From NCBI GenBank assembly GCA_050613775.1, contig JBODTK010000143.1:124001-188000 (forward strand): 64,000 nucleotides of DNA. The letters are read 5' to 3'. The first letter of the stretch is position 1. Every line of letters begins with the position of its first letter. The notes under the pieces are model-generated. The model was not told the DNA's origin and made no database searches. It saw only the letters and a list, made by a program, of their open reading frames with translations. Source of the DNA: Neocallimastix sp. 'constans'. Its lineage: Eukaryota. The position numbers and the translations under genes are program-made. Shown here in pieces: positions 25,591-38,643 of the stretch.

Positions 25591-25993
25591 TTTTATTATA
25601 TTTGAGTTATAAAAATAAATAAACTTTTATTTTAAAAATATAAAAGATAATCTATATTCTTATAAAATTATTTTTTATAAAATTTTAAATATATTAATAT
25701 ATAAATATTAGCATTTATCGAAAAAATTTTAGAACAAATTCAAATATATAAACACATAAGTATTTATCGAATATATATATTTCTTTTTTAATACAAATTT
25801 TAATAGTTTTCATAGTATTATTTTATGATCTTTAATATTATATTATTATTATTATTATTATTTTATAAAAACTTTGTTAAAATTCTTATTATATATATAT
25901 TTTTATTAAACAAAAAATCTTTAATTATTTTTATTATCCTGAATTAACTAATTTTTTAATTAAAGATTATTACAAATTTTTATTTTCTTCGGT

Positions 25994-26078
<85 letters not shown>

Positions 26079-28065
26079 CTTGTATTTATTTAAACAAACA
26101 ATTATATAAGAAAATATCACAATCTTTTTTAAATATTCTATTATAAATATAATAATCTTAATTCTTTTTTAAATATTCTATTATAAATATAATAATCTTA
26201 ATTATGATATTAATGAAAATACATCATTTTATAAAAATTTACAATTCAGAAAGAATTAATTTTCATTTTTTTTTATACTTATTTAAAATAACATATAAAA
26301 TAATCACTTTTATTTTAGTTTAATTATTTTAAAAGATATTATCTCTCTTTTTTTTTTTTTTTTTTTTTTTTTTTGATTCGTTTTGCTTTTGTTTAATTTG
26401 CTTAATTCGTTTGTTTTATTTGTTTTTCTTAATAGAAAAAAAATATATTTTTTTTTTTTTATTTTAATTTATTATTATTCTTTAGTGCTTTTGTTAATTT
26501 TCTTTGATTTTCATTTTTGAATTTATTGTTTTTTGTTTATTTTCATTAAATAATTTATATATTATATGATAGGCTATATTAAATACTCACTTTTATTTTA
26601 TTAAATTATGATAAAAAAAATAATTAAAAAAAATAATAATATAATATTATATTATATGATATTTCCTTTTTAATTATATAATTAATAATAATATCTTTCT
26701 AAGATTAGATATTATTAACTTTTTTTTTTTTTTTTACTTAAAATAATGTCTTAAAAAAAAATTATCTAGGCTTGTCTTTCGTTTTTGATATTAAATTTAA
26801 ACATATAAAATAAAATTTTTAATTTAATATATAATTTTTTTGTTAGTAATTTATTATTCTATTTAATTATATTGTTCTAATTATTCTAGTTAATATTATT
26901 CTAGTTATTATTAAAGTATTATTATTCAATTATTCATTATTCATTATTCATTATTCATTATTCATTATTCACATTATTTATTATTCATTATTTATTATTC
27001 ATTACTCATTATTCATTATTGGCTTTGAATTAAAGTTTTAATTTATCAGTAATGAAATTAATTGGAATATAGTTCATCAATATCCTTAAAAAGTATATTA
27101 AATATTAATGTATTAAAAAATGAGGCTTTGTAAAATGTAGAAAATATTAAATTTAGTAATACAATATTGGATATGTGGCAAAATTAAAATAAAAAATTTA
27201 AACCCTAAAAGAACCAAAAAATTTTCACATGTAGAATATTAAATATAATAAATCATAATTAAATTGAATTTAATAAATATAAAGTAATATATTAATATTT
27301 ATTTAAATAATATAAATTAATATATTTATAAATTGAAATGAATCGTGTAACATGAATTAACCATAATTTTATTTGTTGATATCATAAACTCTAATTGTTA
27401 TTATTATTTAATTATTATTTATATATCTATAATTATTATTTATTATTTATATATCTATAATTATTATTTAAATATATATTGTTACTATAACAAATATATA
27501 TATTTTTTGTTTAATGGTTCATTCTAATTTATTTGTTTTATTAAATAATATAGTATTTTATTATTATTAAAGTTTTTAGTTTTTTTGTTTTTTTATTGTA
27601 AAATTTAGTTTTTTTTGTTTTTTTATTATAAAATAAAATTTAAAACTGATTAATAATTGAATCTAGTATTAATATAAACATTAACATAAAAAACTCCATT
27701 TAAAATGTGATTTGTTATAATACAAAATATTTTGAACTAATGATGTTAATTAGTTAATGCTTTATTAAATATCTACAAATATTTACTATAATTTATAACT
27801 ATTTTAAAAGTAGGTGATTTTTATTAAAAATTAAAATTATTTAACTTTGTTTAGCAAAACGGAAAATTTTTTATATTAAAATAATAATTAGTTATTTAAA
27901 ATTTAAATCAATATTAATAATTTTATCTAATATTTATTCTTTTAATATTTATTATTTTTATGTTTGAATTAATAACGTATAACTAGTATAATTTAAAATT
28001 TTATCAAAATATTTAATGATGTTTATCCATCATTCTCAGATATAATAATTTATTTTGTTTTTAAT

Positions 28066-28097
<32 letters not shown>

Positions 28098-28293
28098 TAT
28101 AAATTATATAACTATTTGAATACAAGAATCTTGAAATAGTAGTTCTCTTTTACTCTGTCAACAATTTTTATTAAGTAATTAGCTAATTCAATTCTATAAA
28201 AAAAACAGACTCTGGATTTTATATGAGAAAATTCTTTTAAAATATCAAAATTATTACTATTATATTATTATATTATTATTATTAAAATTTATC

Positions 28294-28329
<36 letters not shown>

Positions 28330-28660
28330 AAATGTAATCATTAAATAAGCTTCAATTAATTATAAATTTTAGGAATATTAAATACATATAAATATATAAT
28401 TTTTTTTTTTTGTTTGTTTGTTTGCTATAAATTATTATTTTGCTTTATTTTATTATATTATTTTATTTATTTTATATTTTATTTTATTTTATTTTGACAT
28501 TATTTTATTTTTTGATATATATATATATTAATATTATTTTATTATAATATTATTTTATTATAATATTATTTTATTATAATATTATTTTACTTTAATATTA
28601 TTCTTTTTAATATTATCTTATTTTAGTATTATTTTTACTTTAATAATATTTTATTTTAGT

Positions 28661-28691
<31 letters not shown>

Positions 28692-28827
28692 TTTTTTTTT
28701 ATTATTATTATTATTATTAATATTTATTAAGAAATTTTTATTATTATTATTATTTTATTTATTATTATTTATTATTTATTTATTTATTATTTATTTATTA
28801 ATTTTTTATTATTATTATTTTTTTTTT

Positions 28828-29811
28828 TTAAAAAAAATAGTCATCATTCATAGTGTATTCTTTAAATGGAATTTTTTTACCATCCGTTTCCTTGGCTATT
28901 CGACCTTTTATCTTTTTAATATCCTTTTTTCTATTACGATTCTTTTCCCAATAATCTTTAACTAAATCATAGGCCGCATATACTGTAAATCCAAAGAGGA
29001 AGGAAGAAATACGTCCTGCAACACCAACATGTCTTTCTTCTCCGTATAATCTATGGGAATGTTTAACATGAGGTTCTAATACCAATGTCGCTATTTCTGT
29101 AGCCATAATGCCAATACGACCAACAATATGAAAAGAGCCATTGGTTCGTTTTAAACCTAAAGCATCATTCCAAGCATCAGAAATTTCACTACCGCTTTCT
29201 CTGTAAAGTTTATAAGCATCAACACCAATAATAGCACAAACTGCAGCATCTAAACCACAAAGTGAAAAAACTGTAGATGACACATTGGTATCAGGTTTAA
29301 TAGTACGAGCAAAATAATTTACTAATTCTGGATTGGCTATTTTGTTATAGAACCAACTCCATAAATTTTCAGCACTTTTAACTGCTGGCATAGGATTATT
29401 AATTACATCTATTCCTGTTTTACCAACTACAGCTATTGTATTACTTCTAATCTTACAACGGTCAATTATATCAGTAGTAACCCCCACTACACCACCTGCT
29501 AATAACATATTAATGGTACCGAAGAAACCTAAATTTGCTGATAAGGCACTTGAAACAAGACATAATAAATTAGCTTTCAAATGATGTATATCCATGTGAT
29601 GGAACATATGAAGAATAATAGAATCAATATTTGAGCAAAAATGAAAACGTGGTGCACGATATATAACATGGAATGAAGAAAAATATTTTAACAAATCAAC
29701 TGGAGGTCTTCCCAAACCTAATCTATCGTAATATAGTGATATTAATGAAGGTAAACATGCTGCTGTAGTTCCTGCTATTGCAAGTTTAGTTCCTAATGAT
29801 AGCTTGTCCAT
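28828..29811 (-). CDS. Rhomboid-superfamily membrane protein, probably catalytically inactive
   Basis: Intronless 327-aa ORF with several hydrophobic segments. HMFHHMDIHHLKANLLCL resembles the rhomboid FxHxxxxHxxxN motif. CGLDAAVCAIIG sits at the GxSG position and GVAGRISSFLFG at the HxxG position. Confidence 0.7.
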   Translation of the reverse strand: MDKLSLGTKLAIAGTTAACLPSLISLYYDRLGLGRPPVDLLKYFSSFHVIYRAPRFHFCSNIDSIILHMFHHMDIHHLKANLLCLVSSALSANLGFFGTINMLLAGGVVGVTTDIIDRCKIRSNTIAVVGKTGIDVINNPMPAVKSAENLWSWFYNKIANPELVNYFARTIKPDTNVSSTVFSLCGLDAAVCAIIGVDAYKLYRESGSEISDAWNDALGLKRTNGSFHIVGRIGIMATEIATLVLEPHVKHSHRLYGEERHVGVAGRISSFLFGFTVYAAYDLVKDYWEKNRNRKKDIKKIKGRIAKETDGKKIPFKEYTMNDDYFF

Positions 29812-31689
29812 TTCTTTTTTATTTTTAATAAATTAGATTTATATATTACAATAATAAATTTAATAAAATAGCTTTTTTTTCTAAATAATAATATTTAATA
29901 ATAATTGAAAAGAAATTTAATAATAATTAATTAAAATTTTTTCTAAATAAATATTAATTTAATCTTATACTTTTTTTTTTTTTCTTTTCTTTTTTTTTTT
30001 TTTTTTTTAATTAAATATATAAAATTAAATTTGTTTTTAAACAAAAAATTCTTAATTATAACATATAAAAACTATAATAATTAAATAAATATATAAATTA
30101 GCCTATATTGCATTTTTTTTAAAAAAAAAAAAAAAATAAAAATAAAAATTTAAAAAAAAAAAAGAGGGCTTAATTATTATTTATGAGTTTTTATATAAAT
30201 TATTTGTTAAATATAATTAAAAAAAAAAAAAAAAAAAGAAAAAAAGAAAAGAAAAAAAAAGAATATAGAATTGTACTATTCGTTGAAAAAATTTGTTTTT
30301 ATAAATTTAAAGATTAATAAAAGATTAGTTTATTAATAATTATTTTATTGTTGTTGTGATATATGTATTTATTTATTTGTTTTTATTTATAATATTATTT
30401 TTAGAATGAATTAATCATTTTTTTATCATACAACTGAATTTTGATTATAATTTTATTTATAATTCTTTCAATTTTTTTTTTACTATATTAAAGTATTATA
30501 ATTGAATTAAATGATTCAATTCTTGTATTGAAAAAATAATAAAATATATAATAAAATTTTATCTTCTAATTTGTTCTTAATTATATAATGAAAATATATA
30601 GAGCGTTATTGCTGATTATTTATTTTAAATTTCAATATCATATTTTATTGAATTATTAAAAATAGTTTTTTTTTTTTTTTTTTTTTTTTTTTTATTTTAT
30701 TTTTAATAAAATTAAAATTTAATAAACCATCTTTTAATTATTACATGAATTATTATATTTTAATTTCATTTAAATGTATTAATCAGATAATTTTTAAGAT
30801 TAATAGATTTCAAATCAATTTTGAATCTACTGAAATATAATATTTTTTTTAATGTTATTAATTTTAAAAAAAAAAAAAAAAAATTTATTAATTATTTAAC
30901 TGTTAATTAACTCATATATATATATATTTTATATTTATTTTTTATTATAAATACAAAATAAAAAAAATTTTTTTTTTTTTCCTTTTTTATTAACTATCAA
31001 AATATCAAATATATTTAGTAATTTATTTTAAAATTAACTTTATTTATTATTCAAATTAAGTAATTTATGTTTTTACTTTTACATATATATTTATAATTAA
31101 GCATTAGCAAAGAATAATGTGGCGTATTAAATATAGTAAAAATCGTAAAAAATTCGAATACACATTTATTTACCTATACACAAAAAGTAAATATAAAATA
31201 ATCAATATTTAAACTAAAAATATAAATCTTTAATAGGAATTATTGTAAACTAATTTTAAAATAAATTAATTAATAAATATTAAACTATTAAAAATTTAAA
31301 TTAATATTATTATTTTTTAATTTACTCTTGACTCAACTTTGATAATAATTCTACTATTTTTTTATACAATATAACTTCAAGGAATTATTAGAATTTAACT
31401 TTATCTTTCAATAATTATTTTATTACTACCGAAAATTGTAATAGAAGATGATGAATCAAATTTTTAATGGTGAAGAACTTGATCAGGAAGCTCTATTTCA
31501 TCCTTTCAGTGATAATGACAGTGATATTAGTGATGATTCAATGGAAATCCCCAGAAGAAAGGGTTCGTCCACCTGCTAGATTTTATGAAAAATAAAAAGC
31601 AGTTGAAGCATATATTGCTCATTGCTTAAGCACTTTGAAAACTACCCTCCTCAAATTCTCTGACAACCGAAGACCAGCTCAGTACCTTT

Positions 31690-31780
31690 TGAATAATATG
31701 GAAACGTACCATTTTACGATCATGAACTTTTAGCTATTATCCTGTCCCTCAAAGAATGGAGAAATTATATTATAATTCCA
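31690..31780 (+). mobile_element. Ty3/gypsy RNase H fragment
   Basis: Reads FYDHELLAIILSLKEWRNY, the ELLAI...WR motif. Confidence 0.6.
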
Positions 31781-31859
31781 TTCCAACTTCCTCTGTAGTT
31801 CCTGAGAGTACTAGTTCTTCTTTGAAATTTTTGTAAAAACCTAAATATAGTACTAAAAC

Positions 31860-32400
31860 TAAGCTACCATATTTACGCTCTCTTCTCTTCTATATAAAAT
31901 CTTGAAACTTTTTTTTGGTGTTCCAAATGCTTAAAGTACACTAGGGAATACTTTATCCCATTCCTTTTCATTGAATGATAAGACTCTTAAATATTTTATT
32001 ATCTCTCGGTTTCTATTTTCTACTTGTCTATTAGAAGCAGGTAGCGTACATTAACATTATTTTTATCCAAGAAAGCTTTGGTTTTGTCCGAAGTAAACTG
32101 TGGTCCATTGACTATTATTATAATTTCTTGTATTCCATGTCTACTAAAAACACAATTCAAAAATTCAATTACATTCTCTGATTCTGCTTTTGATAATAGG
32201 GAGTCCTCCATCCATTTAGTCATATAATCAACTAGTACTATTATATATTATATTTTACTTTGCTTGTAGTTCCTAAAGGTCCAATTAAATCTAGTCATAC
32301 TCTCGTAAATGAAAATCTTGGAGGAGTAGCTAAATTTTTCCTTTAATTTATTTAAAGAAGGTATACAATCCAAAAGGCATGATCGTAGAGTTATAATGTT
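31860..32400 (-). mobile_element. Ty3/gypsy integrase core remnant
   Basis: Reads LDLIGPL, IVLVDYMTKWME, VFSRHGIQEIIIIVNGPQFTS and ENRNREIIKYLR...EWDK, covering the rve D-D-E region. Confidence 0.8.
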
Positions 32401-32889
32401 CAAAAATTAGTGTGGAACAACGTTTTATCTTTATCATCAGGATTCATTTGAATCTGATGATAACCTGAGAAAAGATCTATAGTACTTTGGATCACAGTAT
32501 TATTTATTACACCTAAAGAATAGAATATCATCAATTATAGTAAACGAATACGAATCCTTTTCGGTAAAGTTATTTAATTTACGATTGTTTACGTACATTC
32601 ATTCTAACTTGAATGCTTTTCTTTTGAACAAAAACTAAAGGGGACTACCAAAGAAAAAGTGAAAGTTCAATTATTTCGTTTTTCATTGTCTTCGTGAGTT
32701 GGACTTTCAATGAATCAGTTTTTATTTCGATAATCAATATTGTTTTTGTTTAATAGGATTTATATTAGATAGTAATTTGATATGATGTAGTTCGGATTAG
32801 ATTTATTTTATTGTTAATTATTATTTATATATTTATTTTTATTTATTTCTAATTATTTTTACCTATTAATACTAATATTACTAGGTAAA

Positions 32890-33545
32890 AATTAATTATT
32901 GAGTTCTTCCTTGATATTACATTTCTCATTTTCCTCTATTAATTTGATATATCGGTCTTTCAGCTTATTGGAAATATTTTCTTCCGTTTCTGTCAGTTCA
33001 GTTACAATTTTCCTTTGTTCTTTATCTCTTTTCTCCTTCTTCAATTCTTTCTTCTTGGAAATTAACGGTTGTTCAATTAGAGAAGGATGTAACTGAGATT
33101 TTTTCAAATTTAATCTTCTTTGAGAATCATCAGAATCCATCCTTCATTATTCTTGTATACTGTTTAGAGTTGTTGTTATGATGAGTCTACTTGTACATTC
33201 TAAGTGTATGTACCTCTTTCATGTTTAAGGAGTTGGATATTCTGCACTCGCACCTTACTTCCTCTTTATGGCATTAATGACATCATCTTCGCTTTGGTCT
33301 TCTTCAATTATAGAGGCAATTTTATTTGGGCCTGGGGTGCTTCCTCTCCCGTTCAAAAGTTTAAATGCTTGTTCTGGAATAGAGATTTTTTCTTATTCCT
33401 TTCAATTATTTCCCTTAACTCTTTTGGATTGAGACTGAGAGTATCTCAAACAATAGAAACACTTTATATTCTTCAATTCCTTGTGACTTTCTGTTTTTCT
33501 CCTGTATTCCTCCTCTTGATTCTTAACTTTTAGGTTCATAGATAT
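32890..33545 (-). mobile_element. LTR retrotransposon gag-like remnant
   Basis: A degenerate zinc-knuckle start (KNIKCFYCLRY) followed by charged coiled-coil-like sequence, lying among pol fragments. Confidence 0.45.
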
Positions 33546-33559
33546 CTTTCTCTATCCTA

Positions 33560-35240
33560 TACCATATTCTTGTCTGAAGCCACATCCAACTAATTTAGCT
33601 TTGTATCTGATAATTTTCCCACTTCATTCCTCTAATAACAAAAACCCATTTCATTGAAATAATATTTATATCTTTTGGTATTTCTTTAACTATTTTATAT
33701 ACACCATCACATTCATATTATTTAATTCATTTTCAATTGCTATTTTATTTTATCTTACTTATTACTTGCCTTGTTTTTTTTTTAGTGCCTTCATCAAATT
33801 CATCATTAATATATTTCCTCTTTGAATTTTTATTATAGTTTTTAATATTTATATTTATACTTTACTATATAAATTTTGTTTATTTTCTTCACTTGAATTA
33901 CTATCTTTTGATTCATTATCTACAATTAAATTTCTTTGATTGAAAAAGTCTTATATTTTTTGAATTTACATTATTCGAAATATCATTATTAATATTTCTT
34001 TGTTCAATTTTGTTTGAATTTTCAAGTTTTTATTCCATTTTATTTAAAATATTTTGATTATTATTTCCTAAATTATTTTATTACTTAAATTACTGTTCTA
34101 ATTATTTTGATCAATCTTAGCATTTAAATTATACAGATTTGAATTGTTTACAGTATTATTTAATATATCATTTAAATTGTTTATTTTATTATTCGTATTA
34201 TTTAAATTTATTCTTTCATCCTAATACTCTGGATTAATTTGATTAAGGTTATTAATTAAATTATTTTAGTTTAATTAGTAAAAGTGGTTCAATTGATTTA
34301 ATTAATTTGAATATTCATTATTTAAATTGTTTTTTGTGTGACCATGAGGAATTGGAATTGAAAAATTTTTATTTAAATTATAATAATTTTGAGGAATATT
34401 TAAATTATTTTATGAGTAAAAATAATATTGATTGGGAACTAAAGACATAAAATAATTTGGTAAATTGTAATACGTAGTTTCCGATATTATTTGCATCATA
34501 ATTTTGTAAATTATTGTATAGAATATAGTCGTTTATATTATTACTTTCTCTATTATAAAATTTATTTTGTAAATTGTTTTGTTCTTTATATAGTTCTACT
34601 TTGTTATTATTAATATTATTATTATTAAATTTATTTTTATTATTATTATTAATTTTACTGAAGTTAATAATTTTCTATATCATTACTTCTCCAGGATTCA
34701 TAATAAGGAGTTAAATTTATTAAAGAAGGGAAGGAAGAAGGAGTAGAAATATTACCAAGAGTATCTTCGAAAAAGAACACTAAACGAAAAATAATAATTT
34801 TTTATTGTTAGTAATATCATAAACTTTAGAAGCAGAGGGGTTTGAGTCAAAACCTAAAAATATTCATGGAAGAGTAGAGTTAGAGAGTTTTCTTCTAAAT
34901 TTTTTTGGAAATAGGAAGAAGACTTGACATCCAAAGACTTTAAACCTATTATAATCAAATTTTTTATTAAATAATAATCCATAAATAATATTATTATTAA
35001 TATCTTTATGTGGCATTCTATTACGAATGAAATTTGTAGTATTAATGGCGTCTTCCCAAAAACATTGCTTTACTGAGCATCTTCTAACATAAGCCATTGC
35101 ATTAAGAAGTAAAGAGTCATGCAAACGTTCTATTCCATCATTTTGTTTGAGGTTCATAATACCATTTTTGTTACAAAATCTCTTAATATTGGAGACATTT
35201 AACGAGATGGATGGATTCAATATTGTTCTATCTAACAAGG
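33560..35240 (-). mobile_element. Ty1/copia pol remnant: integrase, Asn-rich linker, start of RT
   Basis: Reads QNDGIERLHDSLL...FWEDAINTTNFIRNRMPH...FKVFGCQVF, then IFLGFDSNPSASKVYD. Downstream come ISMKWVFVI and RYKAKLVGCGFRQEYGI. Integrase precedes RT, which is the copia order. Confidence 0.85.
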
Positions 35241-35699
35241 AAAAGATTATATATATATATTTAATGCTTTATCGGAAAATTTTAGAAATAGTATTGATGT
35301 TGACCTAAACTATCAAGTTAATCAATTCTATGAATTGATTAAAAGAAAAGTAAGCATTAAATTTTATCTTGAAAATTAGAAAACAGATAAACAAATAAAA
35401 CTATAATAAATAAATAAATTTAATAATATAAAACAACCTATCATCCAAAGAAACTACATTAAATATTAATAAAACGAATATAATCAAATCTATTAGTGAA
35501 AATACTCAATCAAATAATGATATAAAAAGTAGTGACACGAATAAATTGGAATACTTAGATCTTTCATATATTAATCAGCCGAATATTAAAAACGTAAAAA
35601 AAAAATTAATACAAGCAATAAAGAAAAGGAAGTATTAGATAGTAATAAAAATGATGTGTCACATAATATAGAAAACAATGTCAAACCAGAAAAACATAT

Positions 35700-37300
35700 A
35701 AAATTGATGGATACAAAATAAATGATTTAATACCTGGTACAGAACCAAATAAACATTGTGTGTATCGTGTTTCAAAAGTATAAGCTGATGCACTCTAGAA
35801 AGTACTTATTAAATTAATTGTTCCATCCAGTTCTACTTGGTCATCACCAGTAGTCCTTGTTCCAAAGAAAAATAGTCAAGTGAGAATGTGTGTTGACTAC
35901 AGAAGGATTAACAATTGTACACTTAAAGATATGTATGCTCTACCTATCATAGATGAAATTCTCTACTATGTTTGTGGGAAGATAGCGATTTTGTCTACTA
36001 TTGATCTCTTCTCAGCATATCATTAGATCCTAATATATCCTGATGATAAAAATATCACCTGTTTTACAACTATTTATGGAAATTTTAAATTTGAAGCTAT
36101 GTCTTTCGGACTGTGCAACGCTCCGGCTACTTTTCAAAGGGAGATGAACCGAATATTTTTTTGATCTAATTGGAATTTGCGTCTTTATTTACATAGATGA
36201 TTTAGTTATTTACTCTAACTCACTGGAACAACATATTAAAGATATAGGAAAAGCTTTCCATATTCTAACTGATAATAGATTAAAAAGTTAATTTTGAAAA
36301 AAGTAATTACCTTCAAGAAGAAATTGATCTCTTGGGTCATACCTTGTCAACAAAGGATATAAAGTCAACGATATCTTAAATGAGTGTCATAATAAATTGG
36401 TTTTCACACTCTAATTTAAATCAATTACATTTCCTTTTTGGAAGCAATTGGGTACTACCTCAAATTTATTTGTAGCTTTGACCAAATTGCTATACCCTTA
36501 TATGATTTAACAAAAAAAAGAATATTCCTTTTGTTTGGTCAAATGAATCCAATAATGCGTTTGTATTTTTAAAAATTTGTCTTATTAATGAATCAATATT
36601 ATCTCCTCCAAAGTTCTATAAACTATTTATTATATGTTTGGATTCATTAAAATCTGGAATTGGTGGAATGCTTCTTCAACTGGATGAAGATAATATAGAA
36701 AAACCTTTATACTTTGAAAGTAGAACCCTCTCTAATTCCGAATATAATTATAGTTTAATTGAACTAGAAGGATTAGCAGTGTACTACTGTGTTAAGAAAT
36801 TTAAACCATTCCTCACAGGTAATAATTTTAATACCATTCATTATACTGATCATAAACCTCTAGTTTATATATTTAAAAATAAAGAACCTACATCAAGTCG
36901 CCATGTACACTGGATTATGAAAATTTAGTATTTTGAAGATTAAAATCCAATATGAAAAGGGAAGTGAAGAACATTGTTGCTGATGCTTTATCAAGAATGC
37001 CTGTTAAAGAAGTAAGCATTGGGCTACCTATAGAGAAGCAAAAAAAAAAAAAAAAAAAGACTAGCATGAATTAAGAAAAGAATATTAAAGAAGGAGTTTT
37101 GTACTAGTTCTGGAATTTCACAAGAACCAATTTAGAATCATACTTCGTAGGAACCCCTTAAGGTTATCAAGAAACAGTTCTAACACAGTTACTTTAGAAG
37201 ATCCGACTACTGGAATCCAAATGAACAGAAACGTTCATCTCAAGAATATTGTTTAGGTATAGCTTGGTTTTTGATTAACTCAAGTCTTAGAGGGGGGCAT
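35700..37300 (+). mobile_element. Ty3/gypsy pol remnant (RT, RNase H, integrase C-terminus) ending at a polypurine tract
   Basis: Reads SSTWSSPVVLVPKKNSQVRMCVDYRRIN, MSFGLCNAPATFQR, YIDDLVIYS, GIGGMLLQ, ELEGLAV, TDHKPL and VADALSR. A PPT-like AGAGGGGGG lies at ~37289. Confidence 0.9.
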
Positions 37301-37699
37301 CTTGGTAAAGAACAAACATAAAAACATTATTTCCCTGAATAATGCATTAATGATTCTTTACATTCAGAACTTAAGAATATTCTTGAATTAATAAATATAT
37401 AAATAAAATATTTATATTCTGTACATAACAAAACCATATAAATTGTATTACTTCTTAATAGTAGTATTAGTATTAAATAAAAAATGTTTTTAATTTTAAA
37501 TAATAAATGATTATATTTATTATAATCAAATATATTTTATATCAACAATTTAAAATCAATATATTTCATTTCTATAACGTCCTATGGATTTACTAATTTA
37601 TTTTGACAATAAAAATATAAATAGTAGAAAAATTGGAAAGATAGTCTGAACAGATAGTTAAAATTAGATATTTTAATAAGATAGTTTTAATATAAGAAA

Positions 37700-37735
<36 letters not shown>

Positions 37736-38591
37736 TAGTAATACAAATTAATAATAATAATAATAGTAATTAAAATTGAAAATGTAAATAATAATAATTA
37801 AAAAATATAAATAAATAATATTTAAAAATGACAAAAAATAACAAATAAGAAAAATAATAAATAATAATAAATAAATTAAATAAATAAAAATTAAATATTA
37901 AATAAACCAAACTAAAATAAAATCTTGTTTAAATAATAGTTTTGTGTTTAAGTTAATAGTTCATCACCACCCTGAACCATATCTACTAAAAATAATTCAA
38001 AAATTTTAAACAAAATAATAATTTTTAATATGAACATAAATTAAATTAAAATAATATTAATATAAATTTAAATTATTAATAATATTAATAATATTAAACT
38101 TATGATAACTGTTAGCTGACCTGAAGTTGTTTATATAATAATTAACTGATGCATGTGATATACATGAATCTAATGTGCTACAAATGATGAAGAGTTAAGC
38201 ATATAAAATGCTCACTGTAATGTAATAGTTATACTTAAAAATAATACTTAATTCCTAAAAGTACAAAAATAAATAAACAATAACAAAATTTATTAATCAT
38301 AGTGTGTTAACCATAATATAAAATATTTTAAGATAGATAAAAATATAAATTTTAAGATTAAACTTATTAACTAAATAAATACCTAATTTAGTAATAAATA
38401 TTTAATAATAAATTCTTCATTCAATATCACCATTCATGTGACTGATCGTTTTTAGTAATATTAACTATAATATTTTACTATTCTTTATTAGTAATTATTA
38501 TTATTCATACCAAATCTTTATTATAACAATTCAGTTAATGGATTATTATTTGTTTCGTTTTGTTTTTTTGAATACAATTAAAATAACACAT

Positions 38592-38643
<52 letters not shown>

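Noticed and set aside
26120..26205. ~40-bp tandem duplication upstream of the ArfGAP gene
   Set aside because: An ordinary slippage duplicate in AT-rich DNA with no evidence of regulatory function.
37950..38230. Short GC-richer patches resembling micro-exons
   Set aside because: No consistent reading frame, splice chain or recognisable motif could be assembled.
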